A stretch of 59,968 nt of DNA, taken from IMG/VR virus record IMGVR_UViG_3300034071_001219, positions 1 to 59,968 of that record. The stretch is one strand, 5' to 3'. Source of the stretch: a virus. Its lineage: Duplodnaviria > Caudoviricetes. The position numbers were made by a program, and so were the translations under genes. The notes under the pieces are model-generated. The model was given only the letters and a program-made list of their open reading frames with translations, ran no database searches and was not told the DNA's origin. This document shows, one piece after another, positions 1-9,221 of this stretch; position 1 is the first letter of the stretch; each line of letters starts with the position of its first letter.

Positions 1-1226
1 CCACCAGAACCAGCATCAGTTAATGCTTGCCAATAAAACTCTTGTTCATTTACTCCAACATTCCAATTTCTATTGTTCGTTGCACCATCAGTTTCTGTAA
101 ATCTTATAAGTAGTGTGTTATTTTGTAAATGTAATGATGCAACTGGATTTGTGGTTCCAATACCAATATTACCATCACCTCTAACAACAAAAGGAGTTGC
201 ATCGGGATTAGCAGAATCTTCAACTACCAGAGCATTACCAGAACCAAGTTGATTAATTCTTAATGCATCAGAAGAACTATTGACTGATATGGTTGCAATA
301 CCAGTTGATAAGAAACCTTGAGACTGTAATACACCAAAGACCGTTGCACCATATCCAGTGGTTTCAAATTCTTTTACATTGTCGTGATAGAGTTCTACTG
401 TACCATTCCTTGAGAACGAACCCATAGTTTCGCCTTCAGTGGTCGCAATAACAACTGCAGCACCATTAGTTTCCAATCTTAAATTACCAGCACCAATATC
501 CCTAATGTAAGATTGACCGGATGAATGGTAAATATCCAAAGATGGAGTGTTTCCAAAATATAACCTATCATCATCACCGAAGTAAGCAGAAGTTCCAAAG
601 CTTACGGTTCCAGTGAATGTAGTTACTCCAAGTGTTGAGACACCAGTTGAATTAATATTTGTTAAAGTGGCATTGGTACTATTCAGTCTTGCAATAGTAC
701 CAACACCAGCAACATATAGGTTTGTTGCAGTAATAAATCCGACTGTTGTTATGCCAGAAACGTTTAATTGTTGTGCTGTTAAATTAGTTGTAGAAGCACC
801 ATCTAAAGTGCTTATACCACTTACACTTAATGAAGTAACTGATGCAATACCCCCTATGACACTTGTAGATACTCCTGCTATGGTAGCATAAGTAGCACTT
901 GAAGCATTACCACTAAATGATGATGCTGTTACAACTCCAGTAAATAATCCATCACCAACTACTGATAATTTTGATGTTGGATTTGTGGTTCCTATACCAA
1001 CAAAACCGGAATTAAAATAAGTATTATAGGTGTTCGTTCCTGTTCCTACAGACCAAGGATTAACTACAATAATTGTAGTTGCTATTCCCACACTACTTTG
1101 ATCTTTCTCAATATATAATTTTCCATCAAAAGTATTAACAGCTAATTCACCGAGTTGCAAATTATCTACGGTCGGAATTTTTCCCGCAACTCCGGACCGT
1201 TTAATTTTAATAGTAGGATCTGCCAT
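1..1226 (-). CDS. Tail fibre / virion structural protein, N-terminal part (runs off the left edge)
   Basis: Manual translation from ATG at 1226: MADPTIKIKRSGVAGKIPTVDNLQLGELAVNTFDGKLYL..., open to position 1; GIGTTNP repeats and Gly/Thr-rich content typical of cyanomyovirus fibres; GAGGA RBS. Confidence 0.8.
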   Translation of the reverse strand, partial: MADPTIKIKRSGVAGKIPTVDNLQLGELAVNTFDGKLYIEKDQSSVGIATTIIVVNPWSVGTGTNTYNTYFNSGFVGIGTTNPTSKLSVVGDGLFTGVVTASSFSGNASSATYATIAGVSTSVIGGIASVTSLSVSGISTLDGASTTNLTAQQLNVSGITTVGFITATNLYVAGVGTIARLNSTNATLTNINSTGVSTLGVTTFTGTVSFGTSAYFGDDDRLYFGNTPSLDIYHSSGQSYIRDIGAGNLRLETNGAAVVIATTEGETMGSFSRNGTVELYHDNVKEFETTGYGATVFGVLQSQGFLSTGIATISVNSSSDALRINQLGSGNALVVEDSANPDATPFVVRGDGNIGIGTTNPVASLHLQNNTLLIRFTETDGATNNRNWNVGVNEQEFYWQALTDAGSG

Positions 1227-1301
1227 TCAATCCTCGCATTAGTGGTATATACCCTAGAAACTCTTATATAAGAGTTTTTTACTATTTATCAAATATGCAG
1301 A

Positions 1302-1643
1302 CTAAAAGAATCCACCATCAACATCAATTTTATTATCGAGGTCTATAGCCAACTTATCTTCAAAATCAGTTGGAAGAGTGTAGGTTGTTCTATTTGCATC
1401 AAGAGTTGTAGTTGCTGCGGACAACACCTCATCTGGATTCACATCCTTCCATTTTCCAGAAATGGAATCATATAATAAAACATACTTATCGTAATTATTA
1501 CCACTCAATTCAACATCCGTTAGTTCGTTTAATGATTGTGGCATGAGTTGTGTTATGAGTTGATAATTTATTTTATATTTTTGGGATTGAGGTATTTTTA
1601 CAGAGTAATTATTTCCGGAAGAAAGAGAAACTTTATAAGTCAT
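1302..1643 (-). CDS. Hypothetical virion-associated protein
   Basis: 113-aa ORF with SLNELTDV and terminal DVDGGFF motifs seen in phage fibre-associated proteins. Confidence 0.55.
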   Translation of the reverse strand: MTYKVSLSSGNNYSVKIPQSQKYKINYQLITQLMPQSLNELTDVELSGNNYDKYVLLYDSISGKWKDVNPDEVLSAATTTLDANRTTYTLPTDFEDKLAIDLDNKIDVDGGFF

Positions 1644-1975
1644 ACAGATGCACTCTCGTAGACCATTGCAGTTCCTTTAAGAACTGGAGTTTTTTGTTCG
1701 TATAATGTCAATATAACATCAAAATAATTTCTACCTTCACTTAACTGTTCAGTTTGAGTTGATGTCAAACTAAGAGTAATGGTGCCAGTAGAAGATGCAA
1801 TTGTTTTAGAAAATTCTTGATAATTTGTTGATGTAGGATGTTTACGAATTTTAGCATAAGAAGTAGTCAATCCAGAAAGAATAGCAGCAGAACTATCAGG
1901 ATTAAACAGATTAAATGTTGCAGAAAAATCAGTACCCTTATAAATCACCAAATTACTAATTTCAGCAACTGACAT
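1640..1975 (-). CDS. Hypothetical structural protein (BppU-like Ig fold)
   Basis: Pattern NLVIYKGTDF...GTITLSLT..QT..L..GRNYFDV; upstream TAAATA late-type motif. Confidence 0.55.
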   Translation of the reverse strand: MSVAEISNLVIYKGTDFSATFNLFNPDSSAAILSGLTTSYAKIRKHPTSTNYQEFSKTIASSTGTITLSLTSTQTEQLSEGRNYFDVILTLYEQKTPVLKGTAMVYESASV

Positions 1976-2059
1976 TTTTCTTATTATACTTTCAATTATT
2001 TATTCAAATTGAATGTACCATAAACACTAAATACTCATAGTGTTTATCACAATAAGAAA

Positions 2060-2521
2060 ATGAAAAGACTTCTATTAGCCTTTTCGTTATTCTTCGTTAC
2101 TCCTGTAAGTGCTGCTGAAATCACATCAAAAATTACTGATTCTGTTCAACTTAGTGTTCAGGGTGCTGCGGTACAATCAACAAGAATTGGAGCATCGTAT
2201 TCTGCTTCTGGAACAAATATCCAATCAACCTCCTTTGGTGGGGTAAATGGTGCTGGAACTTATGATGTTAATACAGCAGGTCAAGCATTCAGTTTCTCAG
2301 AAACTTTCAATGCTGCTGATACACCAGTCACCACTCAGTCGGTCAGTGGTGGAGTTATTGCTTCTCCCAACCTTTATGGGGATAGTGTTACTCAGTTAGC
2401 AGGAGACAAAGGTTCTCTCGCTGGTACATTATCACCTACGGGTGTTCCTACTGTAACTGCTGGTGGTGCTGGTACTACAGCAACCGCACAACGTAGCATT
2501 GAGTTGAGCGTATTCAAATGA
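2060..2521 (+). CDS. Secreted Ser/Thr/Gly-rich hypothetical protein
   Basis: Signal peptide MKRLLLAFSLFFVTPVSA; overlaps next ORF by ATGA. Confidence 0.75.
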   Translation: MKRLLLAFSLFFVTPVSAAEITSKITDSVQLSVQGAAVQSTRIGASYSASGTNIQSTSFGGVNGAGTYDVNTAGQAFSFSETFNAADTPVTTQSVSGGVIASPNLYGDSVTQLAGDKGSLAGTLSPTGVPTVTAGGAGTTATAQRSIELSVFK

Positions 2522-2883
2522 GATATATAACTCCCGCGTTGCTTTTAGCAGCGGGAGTCATTTGTACTCCCGTTTATGCTGAACAAGTAGTTCCCAATTT
2601 TACTAGGGGCACTATTAATGCAACAACAGAAACAACTACAAAGATTGTAGAAACTATTCGGCAAGTTGAATATACAACTGGCACATCATACACTGTGACT
2701 GGAACTAATATTAAGATTCCTGACACTCCACAACAAGGAGCAAATTATACTATTATGGATCAAGGTGCTCCCTTCCAGTTTAGTGAGACAATACTAGGCA
2801 CTGGAGTGGCCAAAGAAACATGGATAGACAGAACTACAGAACAACAATCTACTACAAACTCAGTTTCTGTATTTACCCAATAA
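2518..2883 (+). CDS. Secreted Thr-rich hypothetical protein
   Basis: Signal peptide; shares GTNI and F.FSET motifs with the upstream ORF. Confidence 0.75.
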   Translation: MRYITPALLLAAGVICTPVYAEQVVPNFTRGTINATTETTTKIVETIRQVEYTTGTSYTVTGTNIKIPDTPQQGANYTIMDQGAPFQFSETILGTGVAKETWIDRTTEQQSTTNSVSVFTQ

Positions 2884-3419
2884 TAATTCTCTTATTAACT
2901 GCATCAGGTAGGGCACAACAAGCACCAAGTAATACAAATATTGCAGGTCCTTCGGCATCTGCTACTGGCAATGTAACCAACCAGGCAGTTCAAGTATTGC
3001 AAGGTCCTTATGCTATGAATACCTATGGTGGTGGAGTATCTTGTCAAGGTCCAACAATGAGTATATCGCCATTTGTATTGGGAAATATGAATGGTAGTGC
3101 TGACCCAGATGCATTCCAAACACATAATGGTAATGCAGGTATCAGTATGGGATTCAACTTTCCCTTAGATGGAAGTTTAACTGAATTGTGTAAAGAAAGA
3201 GCACGAACAGAAATCAAAAGGCAACAAAGTGAAGTTGAAAAAAGTCGTTTAGATTTTGAACTCGTAAGGGCAAAACTTTGTTTAGAAATGATAAGAAATG
3301 GTGGGTTTTTTCATCCAGAAAGTCCTTATGGAAAAATATGTGCAGATATAGTTGGTCCATCACCTAATGGATACTTAATGACTGGAAATGGTACGGTTGT
3401 TTCTAAAATTAAAAAATAG
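2820..3419 (+). CDS. Secreted/membrane hypothetical protein with conserved Cys (start uncertain)
   Basis: Hydrophobic N-terminal segment, GVSCQGPT and FNFPLDG motifs, coiled C-terminus. Confidence 0.7.
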   Translation: MDRQNYRTTIYYKLSFCIYPIIILLLTASGRAQQAPSNTNIAGPSASATGNVTNQAVQVLQGPYAMNTYGGGVSCQGPTMSISPFVLGNMNGSADPDAFQTHNGNAGISMGFNFPLDGSLTELCKERARTEIKRQQSEVEKSRLDFELVRAKLCLEMIRNGGFFHPESPYGKICADIVGPSPNGYLMTGNGTVVSKIKK

Positions 3420-3476
3420 GTTGGATTTTGAACTTCCAATTTTTTATAAATAATAGTAGAAGTTCAAAATCCAACC
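3419..3476 (+). promoter_or_regulatory. 18-bp inverted repeat enclosing a T4 late promoter (translational-repression hairpin of the homing endonuclease)
   Basis: GGTTGGATTTTGAACTTC ... GAAGTTCAAAATCCAACC, TATAAATA at 3445-3452 in the loop, ATG at 3479. Confidence 0.8.
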
Positions 3477-3478
3477 AT

Positions 3479-4096
3479 ATGGGAAAAATATATTTAATTA
3501 CAAATACAATTAACAATAAAGTATATGTTGGGCAAACAAAACATTCAATAGAATATAGATTTAAAGAGCATCAGCATCCAAGTAAAAAAACTGCAATAAC
3601 ACAAGCAATTCAAAAATACGGCAAAGAAAACTTTACCGTAGAACTTTTGGAAGAATGCAATATCCACAATCTTGATGAAAGAGAAACGTTTTATATTGAA
3701 AAATACAACTCATATAAAGAAGGATACAACAATACCATAGGTGGAGGAAGTCAATATATTGCACATACACCAGAAGTAAAACAAAAATTAAGTATTTCAG
3801 CAAAAGGAAAACTTGCTGGAGATAAAAATCCAGCAAAAAGACCAGAGGTGAGGAAAAAAATTAGTGATGCACAGAAAAAACGAGTTGAAAATGGAGAATG
3901 GAAAAGTCCGACAGAAGGCGGGCATACTGAAGAAGCACTAGAAAAACTGAGGGCAAATCAACCAGATAGAAGTGGTAAAAATAACTCTAGATATGGAGTG
4001 AAAATGAGTGAAGAAACTAAACAAAAAATTAGAGAAAAGCAATTAGCAGCACAAGAAAGAAAACGAAAAAATGGAACCAATACAGCAAATAAATAA
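3479..4096 (+). CDS. Free-standing GIY-YIG homing endonuclease (Seg-like) with NUMOD3 repeats
   Basis: GKIYLITNTINNKVYVGQT, R..EH, GYN motif, repeats HTPEVKQKLS / HTEEALEKL / MSEETKQKIR. Confidence 0.9.
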   Translation: MGKIYLITNTINNKVYVGQTKHSIEYRFKEHQHPSKKTAITQAIQKYGKENFTVELLEECNIHNLDERETFYIEKYNSYKEGYNNTIGGGSQYIAHTPEVKQKLSISAKGKLAGDKNPAKRPEVRKKISDAQKKRVENGEWKSPTEGGHTEEALEKLRANQPDRSGKNNSRYGVKMSEETKQKIREKQLAAQERKRKNGTNTANK

Positions 4097-4934
4097 TGCC
4101 AACGGAATTGCCAATATAAAGAACAATGCCAACCAAATACCAAAAGTTGGTATTAATGGTCCTAATGTTATTTCAACAATAGAACCACCAGTACTTCGTA
4201 GTGTAGAGGTTCCAGTTGTTCGTGGAATGGCACTTCCAGTATTTGAAATGCCAGATACTTCAATCAAATATCCAATCATTAATGTTCCAACACAAGCAGA
4301 GTTTGATGCTGCCGTAAAAGCAGAACGTGAAAAGCAACAACAAGAAGAAAAACCAAAGGAGAGGGGATTGCCCGATACCTCCCCACCTCAACTGCCTCAG
4401 GTTGCTCAAACCCCCCCTCATCAAGTGACTGTTGCCGAGATACCAGCAGACAAACCAACTACCCCAACCTTTACTGTCGGTGGAATCAATATTAATTTAC
4501 CTGACCCTTCTCTTGTTGCTACGGCTGGTGCTGTCGCAGTAGTGACCACTGCTGCGACAATAGCATCTACAACAGCTCTCAATGCTCTCAAAAATGCAGC
4601 AGAACCATTAATCAAAGAAGCAACAAAAAATAAATTTAAAATTAAAATCAAACAAGTCAAACCTGTTCTACATTACGTTCTAGCAGAAGGTGGCCACGTA
4701 GATGTTTTTGAATATTCCGCAGAAGGAACTCGTTTAGTAGAACAAGTAACTAATGTAGAACAATACATTCGTGACCAAGTTGAAATCAATACTCTCTATG
4801 AAATTGATAATAAAATTATTATCGATGATGTAATAAAAGATAAGTTTACAAAAGAAGGCAAAGAAAGATTTAAGTCTCTCTTTGCCCCTGCTAAAAAAAT
4901 TGCTAAAAAATTATCTGCTAAGTTCTCAATCTGA
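4071..4934 (+). CDS. Hypothetical membrane-anchored protein (Pro-rich linker, Ala/Thr hydrophobic segment)
   Basis: 287-aa ORF continuing the plus-strand operon. Confidence 0.7.
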   Translation: MEPIQQINNANGIANIKNNANQIPKVGINGPNVISTIEPPVLRSVEVPVVRGMALPVFEMPDTSIKYPIINVPTQAEFDAAVKAEREKQQQEEKPKERGLPDTSPPQLPQVAQTPPHQVTVAEIPADKPTTPTFTVGGININLPDPSLVATAGAVAVVTTAATIASTTALNALKNAAEPLIKEATKNKFKIKIKQVKPVLHYVLAEGGHVDVFEYSAEGTRLVEQVTNVEQYIRDQVEINTLYEIDNKIIIDDVIKDKFTKEGKERFKSLFAPAKKIAKKLSAKFSI

Positions 4935-5037
4935 AGTAAATTTAGAAATAATCCACACAACAACCATTGCTGGTAATTGAACTAAAAGATTATAAAGTAT
5001 TTCGAGAAAAATATTATCTTTTTCCCTTTTTTCTTCT

Positions 5038-5271
5038 TTATCTTTTGCTGGTGCTTGTGTCATTATGTAACACCTTAAACAAATCTTTACTATTTAACAA
5101 AGTAGTACCAAACTGTAACGATTTTTTACGTCCCCTTTTTGCAGGTCTCCTCACAAAACGAATAACTTCTGGTGGTTGTCGCTTGGGAATAGGTCTTCTA
5201 TTCTCAAGCATTATGCCGTCATTAGTCAATAATCTTAAGACGATTAAGAAATCAAGAATCGCTAGTTTCAT
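5038..5271 (-). CDS. Hypothetical basic protein
   Basis: 77-aa ORF overlapping the upstream gene in an operon-like chain. Confidence 0.45.
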   Translation of the reverse strand: MKLAILDFLIVLRLLTNDGIMLENRRPIPKRQPPEVIRFVRRPAKRGRKKSLQFGTTLLNSKDLFKVLHNDTSTSKR

Positions 5272-5467
5272 TTTTCTTCTTTAGTTTGAAAGCAGCATCA
5301 CCTAGAAAAGAACCAACAGCAAGTATAAGAACTTTAGAATAAGAATCTCTACTAGCATTATCAAGTTCTACTTGTCCTTCTGTACGAATCGCAACAGATT
5401 CTACAGCAGAAATCATAAGTGCTGCCCAAATAATAATAAACAATCTAACAATATTAAAGTAAATCAT
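5252..5467 (-). CDS. Small membrane protein
   Basis: Two hydrophobic segments; coupled to the nuclease gene. Confidence 0.55.
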   Translation of the reverse strand: MIYFNIVRLFIIIWAALMISAVESVAIRTEGQVELDNASRDSYSKVLILAVGSFLGDAAFKLKKKNETSDS

Positions 5468-5874
5468 TTATTTCTGATTTGTTTGAGAACATCAAAGTTT
5501 TTATCTTTTGTTCCCCCGTCATATGCGAGAGCATAACCTTCGCTAATCATTTGGTTATTCAATGAAGTTTCTTGTCCATTAATAAACAAATGTCCAATAA
5601 TACGTCCATACTTCTCTGTACTATCTGGAAGTTCTGTCTTGATGATAATATCTTTAGCACCTTCAAGTTTTTTCTTCAACCATTCTTTTGATTCAAGACC
5701 CATTGCCTTCTCTTTGAGGTCGGTTGTTCTACTTTCCGGAGTATCAACCCCAGCAAGACGAATTCTTTTTTCCAATGCAATATCAAATCCTAAGTCTATT
5801 GACGCATCAATAGTATCACCATCTACTACTCTTCCTACAGACTTAATTCTGTAAATATATGGGTCTTTATCCAT
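5464..5874 (-). CDS. Thermonuclease (SNase-like)
   Basis: RVVDGDTI, RIRLAGVDTPE and KYGRIIG motifs. Confidence 0.9.
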   Translation of the reverse strand: MDKDPYIYRIKSVGRVVDGDTIDASIDLGFDIALEKRIRLAGVDTPESRTTDLKEKAMGLESKEWLKKKLEGAKDIIIKTELPDSTEKYGRIIGHLFINGQETSLNNQMISEGYALAYDGGTKDKNFDVLKQIRNK

Positions 5875-6086
5875 TAGAATGGTAATTTGAATTCTTTGTT
5901 ATTTAGTTTGGGAATAGGAAGTTTCTCAAATGCTTTATTAACTTGATTCTCAACAACTTTACCCACAAACTCTTCTGGATTATCAAGAATCTTCTGTGCT
6001 TTCTGATAAGTCACATAAGCACCATAACAAAGTGCTCCACTAATGAGAAGACTTGTTGTTGATAGAATGATTGCTATGTTTTTCAT
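5874..6086 (-). CDS. Small membrane-anchored hypothetical protein
   Basis: N-terminal transmembrane segment; adjoins the nuclease start. Confidence 0.6.
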   Translation of the reverse strand: MKNIAIILSTTSLLISGALCYGAYVTYQKAQKILDNPEEFVGKVVENQVNKAFEKLPIPKLNNKEFKLPF

Positions 6087-6188
6087 TTTTCATTTCCTCG
6101 TGTGCTAGTTTTAGTATGTAGTAAATTACATATAAAGTAAAGATAAGACCACAACCTAATATTATAACAACTCCCCACGGAAATTCCA

Positions 6189-6935
6189 TCAATACTTACC
6201 TTCTGTACAATACTCTACTTTTTTATTTGGATAGTATGGATACTTTCCTTCCTGTGGTTTCATATATCCACAACCAATCAACCAATCCATAGTCATTGGT
6301 GTTGGGCGAATTTGATCCCATAAAGGACCTTTTGCACACATCTCTAACTTTTCAGCAGTTACATTTGATTGCTCTTCTGCCCAGTTTGCATCTGCCTCCC
6401 AAGGAACTGCACGACTTTGCATCATTGATTCGTATGTTAGTCTTGTAGTCTTCATAATCCAAGCAGGTATCTCACTATCCTGATGCACTTGTGCCATAAA
6501 TGAAGTTTGCAATCCACCACCCATACAATCCTGAACAACATGCCATCCTTCGTGTCTCAGTGTTCCTAAAAACTCTCTTGGATCTTTAAGAAGAGTTTCA
6601 TTAACAAAGAAACGATTGTAGTTTGGTTTATATAATCCTACTGTTCTTGGAGTAAAATATCTTTCTGGTGCAACATAAACGGGAACATTTACATCATTAA
6701 GAGCAGTAATAATTCTTTTTAGTTCTTCTCTGAATGGATCAAAGTCTGGATTTTTTAAGAATTCAGAATCTACTGAAAATTTTTCTACACCCTCAGTACA
6801 TTCTAGAAGAATCATACAACCCATTGCCTCTGCACTATAAGGTCTTACCGTTGGTTGCTTTGGTGCAAGTGATGAAGCAATTGTTGGAAGAGTTAAGGTT
6901 AAAGATAAACCGATTGCTGTGAAGAATTTTTTCAT
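6189..6935 (-). CDS. Secreted zinc metallopeptidase-like protein
   Basis: Signal peptide, HEGWHVVQDC (HExxH) and downstream WEADA. Confidence 0.7.
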   Translation of the reverse strand: MKKFFTAIGLSLTLTLPTIASSLAPKQPTVRPYSAEAMGCMILLECTEGVEKFSVDSEFLKNPDFDPFREELKRIITALNDVNVPVYVAPERYFTPRTVGLYKPNYNRFFVNETLLKDPREFLGTLRHEGWHVVQDCMGGGLQTSFMAQVHQDSEIPAWIMKTTRLTYESMMQSRAVPWEADANWAEEQSNVTAEKLEMCAKGPLWDQIRPTPMTMDWLIGCGYMKPQEGKYPYYPNKKVEYCTEGKY

Positions 6936-7132
6936 TCATCCCACCATCCTTCTTGTTTATGAATCCAGACTTTCAAATCTTTTACATACTTTCTCAAGAT
7001 CTGGGCCTGTTCTTCATGCCAAAAATCACCCGTCTCCATATAAAGACGGGTGTGATTATCTATTGCTTTGAGTATTTGATGGATTGGAGCATTCCAACAC
7101 TCCCTTTTTGGAGTATTCCATTCTCTTGGCAT
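6932..7132 (-). CDS. Cyanophage hypothetical protein
   Basis: 66-aa ORF coupled to the next gene. Confidence 0.6.
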   Translation of the reverse strand: MPREWNTPKRECWNAPIHQILKAIDNHTRLYMETGDFWHEEQAQILRKYVKDLKVWIHKQEGWWDE

Positions 7133-7235
7133 GGTACAATTAGTGAGTGTATTTCATTGTAACGAAAATATTCCAACTGACAACTGCCAGGACTAATCTC
7201 AACATAACCAATTATTATAAAAGCAATGAATTCCA

Positions 7236-7343
7236 TTACTTTTTCTTACCACCGTTCTTTGCTTTCTTAGCAGTAGCGTTACCAGAGTTCTGCTTTTTAT
7301 TATTTGTAGAACCCTTCTTACCTTTGTTTGCTGATTTTGCCAT
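7236..7343 (-). CDS. Small Lys-rich basic protein (35 aa)
   Basis: Manual translation MAKSANKGKKGSTNNKKQNSGNATAKKAKNGGKKK; TAATG coupling, AGGAG RBS. Confidence 0.6.
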   Translation of the reverse strand: MAKSANKGKKGSTNNKKQNSGNATAKKAKNGGKKK

Positions 7344-7699
7344 TAGGCTCCTGTGCGGGGTTGAACGAATCCTTCACCATCTTCTACCTTAGTCTCAAGA
7401 GCTTCAACTCTTGATTCAAGAGTTTCTGGTGGTGCTTCAGGGGCAGGTGGTTCTGGCGGAGTTTCTACAAACTCCTCTTTTTTTGGTTCTTCTTTTTTAT
7501 CGTCTTCATCATCACCACCTTTCTTCATTGTATTAATACCAAAAGTAGCAGCAGATGCTGTGAAAACTGTAGCGATAAAAGTTGGGTCCATCTTAGATAG
7601 AGTACCCGCATAACTTGCAGTGAGAAGAGCAGCAGACCAACCCAAGATACATATACGAATTAATTGTCCCATAGCATTTTCGTTTTTCTTAGTAGTCAT
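7343..7699 (-). CDS. Two-TM membrane protein with acidic tail (possible holin)
   Basis: Two hydrophobic helices; directly downstream of the lysozyme. Confidence 0.55.
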   Translation of the reverse strand: MTTKKNENAMGQLIRICILGWSAALLTASYAGTLSKMDPTFIATVFTASAATFGINTMKKGGDDEDDKKEEPKKEEFVETPPEPPAPEAPPETLESRVEALETKVEDGEGFVQPRTGA

Positions 7700-7717
7700 T
7701 TTCCTTTGTGAATAGGG

Positions 7718-8389
7718 TTAACCTTTTTTCCAAGATTCACCTTCTGCTTTTCTTCTACGAGCAAGTCCTGCTTCTACATTGGAACCAGGATTTCTGTAGA
7801 GATATAAAGCATCGGGAACTAAGTCCCATTCTTTATTCTTCAGTCTCTTAGTGATAGTATTAAAATCACCAGAACCATAGAAACCAGCACCAAGATTATA
7901 AGCAAAAGAAAGTAGAGCACCTCTTTTACCATCAGACATTTCATTCCAGTGTGGAATTTTACGAAGTGCAGGAAGAAACTCTCTCTTACATTGTTCAATC
8001 AAAAGTTCATCTGCTTCTGTTTGAGTGAGAGTATCACCCATATGGAATGCTGAACCATCCTTCTTACGAGTTGAACCCCAACCGATTGTGATTGGAAGTC
8101 CACCAGTGAGAGGGTCGGGATATGCTTTTAAGTGACATCCTTCAAACTCTTTGATTAATTTAAGTCCCATCATAGGCATATCGTCACCACCAACTACAGG
8201 AGCGGCAGCAGATGGTGCTGATGCTGGTGCCGCATTACCCTTTTTTCCTCTATAAATTTCTGCCCAATCAATATTATCTTCCAAATATTTAACTGGAAGA
8301 TTATCTTCCAACCACTGGACTGCTTTTACATGATTGGGATTTTTTTCGTCGTAAAATTTAAAAAAATTGTGTAGATCAATTCTTGCCAT
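7718..8389 (-). CDS. Lysozyme/endolysin (GH24) with extra N-terminal domain
   Basis: IKEFEGCHLKAYPDP...TIGWG, FAYNLG and GLARRRKAE motifs. Confidence 0.9.
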   Translation of the reverse strand: MARIDLHNFFKFYDEKNPNHVKAVQWLEDNLPVKYLEDNIDWAEIYRGKKGNAAPASAPSAAAPVVGGDDMPMMGLKLIKEFEGCHLKAYPDPLTGGLPITIGWGSTRKKDGSAFHMGDTLTQTEADELLIEQCKREFLPALRKIPHWNEMSDGKRGALLSFAYNLGAGFYGSGDFNTITKRLKNKEWDLVPDALYLYRNPGSNVEAGLARRRKAEGESWKKG

Positions 8390-8487
8390 TTTGTCCTCCG
8401 AAATACTTTTGATACAATTGATTTGCTTCTACATGCTTACCATGATTTGTAAGATCTTTAATACGTTGTAAGATCTTTCTTTTGAAA

Positions 8488-9159
8488 TTAATCGAAAATT
8501 CTTCCCCATCCATCATTTCCTCCAGGGCACCAGCGATGCTTCAACATTGCTTTAGTGTAAATGGTCTTCTTACCATTTGTTACTGGACCAGTATAGTTGT
8601 CATTACATGAACCATAAGGATCGTTCACAAAATACCCTTTGCCATCCGGTGTCTTACCGATGACTACACACATGTGCCCGCCAGTAGGATTAGATAAAGA
8701 ACCGCGATGAAGGATACCAATAACAACAGGTTTCCCAGCATCAAGACTCTTATCAATATCAGAAAAAGAAAGATTGTAACTAAAATGCGACTTAACCCCA
8801 TAAGCTGCCAAAACTTTTGTCTGCACAGCATGGTCAGTCGTATCACCAATCTCAAATACTTTTTTAACGTATTCGTCATCACCTTTGATAGCTCCTGGCT
8901 TAAAGAAAGCAAGGCACATAGCACATGATGAACTGTTACAAGTTCTTTGTGCGTCTCTATAGTTATCTACTTGGTTGAAGTATGGAACATCGAGTACTGC
9001 TGGAGTTGGTGGTTTTGTTCTAAAAATACCAATCCAGTCAGTCTCTGAGTCATCTAAGAATTGAGCAGGTAGGTTATCCTCTAACCATTGAACTGCTGCT
9101 ACATGATTCGAATTACTATCATCATAAAATTTAAAAAAGTTATGAAGATCTAGAGTCAT
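8488..9159 (-). CDS. Peptidase C39-like protein with extra N-terminal domain
   Basis: VPYFNQ, C..SSCAM, GGHMCVVIG and VNDPYG motifs. Confidence 0.85.
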   Translation of the reverse strand: MTLDLHNFFKFYDDSNSNHVAAVQWLEDNLPAQFLDDSETDWIGIFRTKPPTPAVLDVPYFNQVDNYRDAQRTCNSSSCAMCLAFFKPGAIKGDDEYVKKVFEIGDTTDHAVQTKVLAAYGVKSHFSYNLSFSDIDKSLDAGKPVVIGILHRGSLSNPTGGHMCVVIGKTPDGKGYFVNDPYGSCNDNYTGPVTNGKKTIYTKAMLKHRWCPGGNDGWGRIFD

Positions 9160-9191
9160 CTGACACTTTTATAAACACTGAATGTATTTAT

Positions 9192-9218
9192 AAAAAAAGC
9201 GCCCTTTCGGACGCCTTT
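9192..9218 (-). terminator. Intrinsic terminator after the peroxiredoxin, followed by a TATAAATA late promoter
   Basis: GGCGTCC-GAAA-GGGCGC followed by a U tract on the minus strand. Confidence 0.7.
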
Positions 9219-9221
9219 GTT

